Below, in pieces: positions 57,451 through 64,000 of a DNA stretch of 64,000 nucleotides. This DNA comes from the human T2T-CHM13v2.0 reference genome, Homo sapiens, in the NCBI RefSeq assembly GCF_009914755.1, contig NC_060947.1; one strand, written 5' to 3'. Made by a program: the position numbers and the translations under genes. How positions within the stretch are numbered: the first letter of the stretch is position 1; the number at the start of each line of letters is the position of its first letter. The notes under the pieces were generated by a model. That model ran no database searches. It was not told where the DNA came from and was given only the letters and a program-made list of their open reading frames with translations.

Positions 57451-58746
57451 TGCTTTCCACCAAAAAGCTATCCAAGGGGTAGAATCCTCCTTGGATTTCG
57501 CTCCCCTACCACTGGCTGTACTTGAATCACTGAGCAAGTGCAGGATTTCAAGATATATAGATTTTTTTAAAAACCCTCTCAGACCTCAATAAATCTTTCA
57601 CTCAACCCACATTGGCCAGCCTATGTATCATCTGGTGTCACAGCCACCCTTAGGCCTCATCCTGTTTGTCTCCATAGAAGCAAGGGTAAGGATTTTTGGC
57701 TGAGGTTCCTTGTTTCAGCTTGGCTGAAACTATGAGGATTTCCTTGGTCTCAGGAGTCTAGTGCTGCCCTGTGCCACTGAGGCCACATGTAAGGGTATCC
57801 AATTTCCTTTATGCCTTTATCAACCTTCCCTTGGAAGTTCTCTGCTTGTGCTGATTGTATGTGGCTGAAGTTTGGGCAATGCTAATCAAGGGGATTTCAA
57901 GACCTTAGGAAAGTGTACATACTTAAGGCACTACCTTTTCTCCATCCTTGGAAAGAACAGGACTGGGAAGCCTGATTGCCCTGCCCCACCTGGTTGGGAA
58001 ACTCCTGGGAGACAAGTGTTTCAGGAACCCTGTCTTGCATGAACAAATATTGTGCCAGTAAATGTTGCTGATAACATCAGTATTGGTAGGACTTGTTGAA
58101 GAAATAGCTGCTGCAGTTCTTCTCATTGTTTTTCTGATATAAAGACTTGTAACCCACTTCCTAAATTTCATTTTGCCACTTCCCTAAGCTCTATGGTTTG
58201 GGTGACATGGCTTTGGCTTAATCTTCTGTGATTCTAATCCTTTGATTTTCCTGACAAGAATTTTGTTGACTGTCAGGAGAACCTGATGAATTAGAAATGA
58301 TGATAGTGATAGCCACCATTTACTGAGTGGCTCTTCTGTGCTAGGTACTGTGTTTATGCATTATGACATTTAAATAACAAAGCATGTAGATTTTATTGTT
58401 ACCACCATTTTATAGCTGGAGAAACAGTTTAGGAAGTTGTCACTTGCAAGGTTATATAACCACCTCAGATCAGTCTTTCTCCAAAGCCTGGGATTTGACC
58501 ACTCTGCTACACTGCTTTTTGGATAGCCAGGTTCTTTGTGTTTGTAAGAGGCCAGATTGCAACATTCTCAGATTAATATTTTGCCGTGCCTAATTCGCTA
58601 CCAAAATTGTCTCACTTTTTTTAACATAAGTAAGCTTCTAAAAAATGTAGTCAATACTTATTTTTCTGAATCCTTACCTCTAATTTACACCTATACTCAC
58701 TGAAATCTAGCTTCTGTTCCTATGACTCAATTAAAAATAACCTGCT

Positions 58747-59073
<327 letters not shown>

Positions 59074-59079
59074 CTAACT

Positions 59080-59560
59080 CTATCAGTTTGGGCTGTTTCC
59101 ACTGCAAAGAACAGAAAATCCAATTCAAAATGACTGAAAGCAATACGGAAAATATACTATCCCACAAACCAGTAAGTCTTTTGGTATGTTAGCTCTAGAA
59201 TTGATTGACTCAGCAGCTGAAAAATGTCATCATTAACCTGTTTTCAGTCTTTTGCCTTGGACATCCTAGTTTGTCAGCCTTATTAGACTAGATCTTCTCA
59301 TTGTCATAAGATGGCTGCTATGCCTTATGTCTCAAGAGACAAAATTGTGACCAGATACCACTGGTAAACCAATTTTTGGCAAGGTGAATAACATTACTGT
59401 GATTGCACTAAACAAATAAGAAATCACACACTTAAGGTTAGAGATTGGGCCTATTCCCTGTAAGGCATATGGCAGTACAATAAAGAGAGTTGCCTGAAAA
59501 ATTGAAGTTATATTTATAAAGGGAAAAAGTGGATTTTGGATAGGCAGCGAACAATGTCTG
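59080..59560 (-). mobile_element. Old MaLR LTR (MLT1-type)
   Basis: 'tatcagtttgggctgtttccactgcaaagaacagaaaatccaattcaaaatgactgaaagcaa' is typical of an antisense MLT1 end. Confidence 0.6.
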
Positions 59561-59929
59561 CAACTCTTGACAATATGACTTTGAGTGAGTCCTTAACCTC
59601 TCTTTATCTCAGTTTCCTCATAATCATAATGAAGCAGTTGTTATGTACCTAATGGGATTATTGTGAGGATGGAACAACTTAATGAATTTAAAACACAATA
59701 ATTGGCACATAAAATAGACTCAGTATATTGTACATGTTGGTCTTATTATCAAAATGATAATTGTCCTGTTCTTGAAGTCATTGCTACCTTTGGCTTCTAG
59801 ACAGTGCTCTTCTATTATTTTATTATTTAACTCTTACACATCTAAATACATTTTATTCTTCCTTAAGGTGTGATTCTGTAATTTTGTGTGTGTGTGTGTG
59901 TGTATGTGTATAATGGTTCATGTAGTTAT

Positions 59930-60560
59930 AAATATACTTAGCCTTGGTCTTCTATGACTTCAAATATCATTTGAACACTGATAACTCCTGGAACTTTGTC
60001 TGCAGCCCAGACCTTTCCTCTGAGCTCAATTCCCATATATGTATATCTACCTACTTGACACCTCTACCAGGAAGTCACATGGGCACCAAAAGTCAAAATA
60101 ATTAAAATCAAACTCATGAAATGAAAATTTCAGTGAATGACATTGCCAACTACTATAAGCCAGAAAAACTGGAAAAAAAAATTCCTTCATCCCCCACATT
60201 CTAACCTTCTAATATTTTATAAGAGTTCTACCTTCTAAATATCTCTCTCAAGATCTCATCTCTAAATAACTCTACTTTTCTCTACCTCAACTGCTGTCAC
60301 TTTAGTCCCAATCACCATCATCTTTGCCTACTGCAGTAATCTTTATGTTTCTAGTTTTGCTCTCCCTTCCCCATACTTTTTATTTTGCAAAAGCCAAAGG
60401 ATATCTGTAAATCACTAAAGAGATTATGCCCCTTTCCTGCTTTAAACATTTCAATACCCAGACTCCCTAGAACGCCATGTAAGGGCCCTTTGTAATCTGG
60501 CATACCTTAGTTTTTCAGCTTTATCTTGTGCCATTCTCCCACATATAACTTCCTTTTTAC
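59930..60560 (+). mobile_element. L2 fragment
   Basis: 'cagcccagacctttcctctgagctc...ctacctacttgacacctctacc' is an L2 motif. Confidence 0.7.
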
Positions 60561-61509
60561 TCCACTTGGGTATTTTTGCCATTCATCTGAAGGGTCCCTT
60601 CTAGTTCAGTCCAGCTTTTTGAGTTATTTTCACCTCCTAATCACAGACTTTCTCCTTCAGCTACTACCCCATCTGATATCTATCTTTCTGAGTACTCTTT
60701 TCCTCAGACTGGTTGCAGACTGGGACACTGTGCCTCAAGGTTTTCTTTCCTAACGTTTCCTAAACACAAGGCTACAGGCCGTTTTGCCTTGGATGAGGCT
60801 CACATCCAGAGAAGCTTTCAGTAACTAGCAGTCTTAGGCATGTGGATGCTTTACTGAGGTTCCAAGTTTGTGCCTATTGGAAATATTGGTCTTAGGTTCC
60901 CAATCCTTCTGAATTGGCAACTGAAAGCTTTCTTATTTCCAGAAAGTGGGTAACTTCAACTTCACACCCTTCTGCTTCTTTTTGTGCAACCAAAGTGTGA
61001 GGGATGGGATATAAGCAAAGCAAAAAGTGTCCTTTTCCCCAAGTAGACAGTATGTATCTGCAAGGCCCCCAGAATGTGTAACACTTAGAGTGCTGGCCTT
61101 TACTCTACAAATGGTAATGATGCTACTTTGTAACTAGCTATAGACACACAGAAATGTCTATAGTTTCTAAATGGCTGTGCTGACAATTATTCTTTTCATT
61201 GCAATAGAATTGTACTTTTACTGGCTTATGGGTGTGAAAAGGTAGTGGTGTGGCCAATAATCATAAAGATCCTCACAATTTGACAAATTATGAGACATTT
61301 GAACAACTAGACCCTGGGAAGTTCAGGGACTGATGTAGCTCTGGACTCTCAAACGTAGGACATTTGTGGGCCTTCATTTAAGAGCCCTGCCATTAATGTG
61401 TTCTAACCAACCCCAGTCCTTCTTTCTTTTAGTTGAACCTCTAGGGAAAGAGATAATTTTATTTGTTTCACTTGGCTCAAGTGTTCAGTACAACGAGACT
61501 AGCAACATC

Positions 61510-61510
<1 letters not shown>

Positions 61511-61552
<42 letters not shown>

Positions 61553-61804
61553 CACACACACTATATGTATACAATATATATATACCATATATATGTATAC
61601 TATATATACACTTTATATACACCATATATACACTATATATATACTATATATGTACTATATATGTGTATATATATACACACTATATATACACTATATATAC
61701 ACTATATATACATATATAGTACTATATAGTATATATAGTGTGTATATATACTATATAGTACTATATATGTATATATACACACACGTATACACACACACAC
61801 ACAC

Positions 61805-61861
<57 letters not shown>
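61511..61861. repeat. Compound microsatellite: (TG)17, degenerate TA-rich block, (CA)n, (AT)27
   Basis: Read directly from the sequence: TG 61511-61544, pure AT 61807-61860. Confidence 0.98.
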
Positions 61862-61862
<1 letters not shown>

Positions 61863-62069
61863 CCTTTGTCCTCTGAGTACCGCTGGCCCACCAATAGGGT
61901 TATATGCATGACAACAGGGTTTTTACCCCTATCGTTGGGCCAGTAGTACTCAGAGAACAAAGGCTAGACAAATAACCAAATAAGTTTTCATTAGAATGAG
62001 CCATGTTTTCTCATCCCTTCATCTTTCTATTCTCTCTGTTTGGGGTTCTTCTTCTCTATAATAAGAAGC

Positions 62070-62300
62070 ATTAGTAGTATCAGTGATAGTTAGCACTTGT
62101 GTGCTTACAATGTTCCCGGTACTGTTGTAGTGCTTTACAAATGCAGTAGCTAATTGCATAATATCAACAATTCTATGAGGTAATTATTTTTAGCTCCATT
62201 ATACAGATGAGGAAACTGAAATACAGAAAGGTTAAGTTAAGTTTTCGAAGGAGATACAGTAAATAGTGGAGCTGAGATACAAAACTATGCATTCTCTCTC
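62070..62300 (-). mobile_element. MIR
   Basis: MIR core 'acagatgaggaaactgaaatacagaaaggttaag'. Confidence 0.8.
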
Positions 62301-62302
62301 TA

Positions 62303-62472
62303 GATTAATATTGTTCAATAGAAATAAATTATGAGGGAAATGTGCAATTTCACATATTCTAGCAGCTGTATTTTAAAAAGTGAAAAGAAACAGGTGGAAT
62401 TAATTTTCATAGTACATATTATTTAACTAAATATGTCAAAATACTTTCAACATATTGCATTAGCCACATTTT
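62303..62472. mobile_element. MER33-like hAT-Charlie fragment, interrupted by an L1
   Basis: 'aaaagtgaaaagaaacaggtggaattaattttcatagta...tagccacattt'. Confidence 0.7.
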
Positions 62473-62474
62473 AA

Positions 62475-63422
62475 AAATATAATATCAACTTTTATCTTAA
62501 ATTCAAGGGGCACATGTGCAGGTTTGTTATATGAATATATTGTGTGATACTGAGGTTTGGGATGCAAATGATCCCATCACCCAGATAGTGAGTATAGTAT
62601 CCAACAGTTTTTCAAAACTTTCCCTCGCTCACACACTTCCGCATCTGTTAGTCCCCAGTGTCTATTGTTGCTATCTTTATGGCCGTGAGCATCCAGTATT
62701 TAGCTCCCACTGAGAAATGAGAACAATGTGATATTTGGTTTTTGTGCCTGTGTTAATTAGGTTAGGATAATGACCTCTGGGTGCATCCATGTTGCTGCAA
62801 AGGACATGATTTCATTCTTTCTGTGGCTGTGTAGTATTCCATGATGCATATACACCAAATTTTCTTTATCCAATCCACCATTGATGGGCATCTAGATTGA
62901 TTCCATGTCTTTGCGATTGTGATAGCATAGTGATGAACATACAAATGCAAGTGTCTTTTTGGTAAAACTATTTATTTTCTTTTGGGTATATACCCAGTAA
63001 TGTGATTGCTGGGTCAAATGGTAGTTTTGTTTTAAGTTATTTGAGAAATCTCCAAACTGCTTTCCACTATGGCTGAACTAATTTACATTCCCATCAACAT
63101 TCCCTTTTCTCTGCAGCTTCACCGGTATCTGTTGTTTTTTTACTTTTAATAATAGCCATTCTGACTGGTGTGAGAGGATATCTAATTGTGGTTTTTATTT
63201 GCATTTCTCTGATGATTAGTGATGATGAGCATTTTTTCATATATTTCTTGGCTGCTTGTCTATCTTCTTTGGAGAAGTGTCCATTCACATCTTTTGCCCA
63301 CTTTTAAGTGGGGTTATTTATTTTTTGCTTGTTTAATTGTTGAAGTTCCTTATAGATTCTGGATATTAGATCTCTGTTGGATGCATAGTTTGTAAATATT
63401 TTCTCCTATTCTGTAGGTTGTT
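62475..63422 (-). mobile_element. 5'-truncated L1PB-like 3' end, antisense
   Basis: Minus-strand ORFs 63094..63288 ([17 protein letters not shown]) and 62762..62950 are the ORF2p C-terminus. L1PB-type 3'UTR. Confidence 0.88.
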
Positions 63423-64000
63423 TATTACATCACATGAGTGTCAGGATTAACTGACTGTACAATATTTAAAGTACTGCCCAATACCTGAAATATATCATTA
63501 ATTGTTAAATATCATTATATCATTATCCTGGCATACTCTGTAACTCCTGTCTCCTCCATTTCTAGCATATTGTCATATACACATGGCAGTAAAAAATCCT
63601 CCTTTTTAGAAACTTCCAACAGTTCTTTATATCCATTTTCCCAATGCATTCTCACTACCACCATGTTAGATAGATATTATTGTCCCCAATTTACAATTGA
63701 AGCAACTAAAATCCAGTGAAATGAAAGAGCTTGCATAGTTCACAAAACTAGGAAATGAGAGTTCCCTAATTTTTATTCATCTTAAAAGCATAGACATTAT
63801 CATATTCATTTTTTAATACTTTGAATATTTGTTGAAGTAATCAATAAATGTCATTGGTATTTCCAGTGAGCCCAAAGATATTTTATTAAAGTTATTTTAA
63901 GTCACATGAAAGGTTATGTAAAGGATTTTAAATTTCATTTTCAAGAATTAATATTTGTGATACTGAGAAATCACACTGGAATTGCATACTTTAGTGATTG

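Noticed and set aside
61366-61960. Ile/Tyr-rich ORFs
   Set aside because: Translation artefacts of the TA/TG microsatellite.

Overview
Eukaryotic (primate, most likely human) genomic DNA. It is AT-rich and dominated by LINE-1. The only host gene I can support is the 5' part of FAAH2 (fatty acid amide hydrolase 2; X-linked in human) on the + strand: coding exon 1 at 41659-41850 and exon 2 at 47329-47411, with exon 3 outside the window. Bases 1-39 kb are a nest of mostly co-oriented L1 copies of different ages (L1M > L1PA13-16-like > L1PA7/8-like). Intron 2 holds a full-length, dead, sense-oriented L1PA4-like element (50302-56500). Almost all ORFs in the supplied track are L1/Alu debris or chance ORFs. 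I found no evidence of a new multi-gene biological system. The most interesting observations are structural: (1) an alpha-satellite-like 27-mer between the intronic L1 tail and its TSD, a candidate 3' transduction from a centromeric source element; (2) a ~9.1 kb TSD-bounded composite L1 with two ORF2 copies joined by ~135 bp of unexplained sequence; (3) a strong splice acceptor 48 nt upstream of the FAAH2 ATG; (4) an L1 that jumps from its ORF1 start to the end of ORF2; (5) ~270-280 bp monomer arrays in two old L1 5'UTRs. Repeat subfamily names come from recalled consensus sequences, and boundaries of old repeats are approximate.
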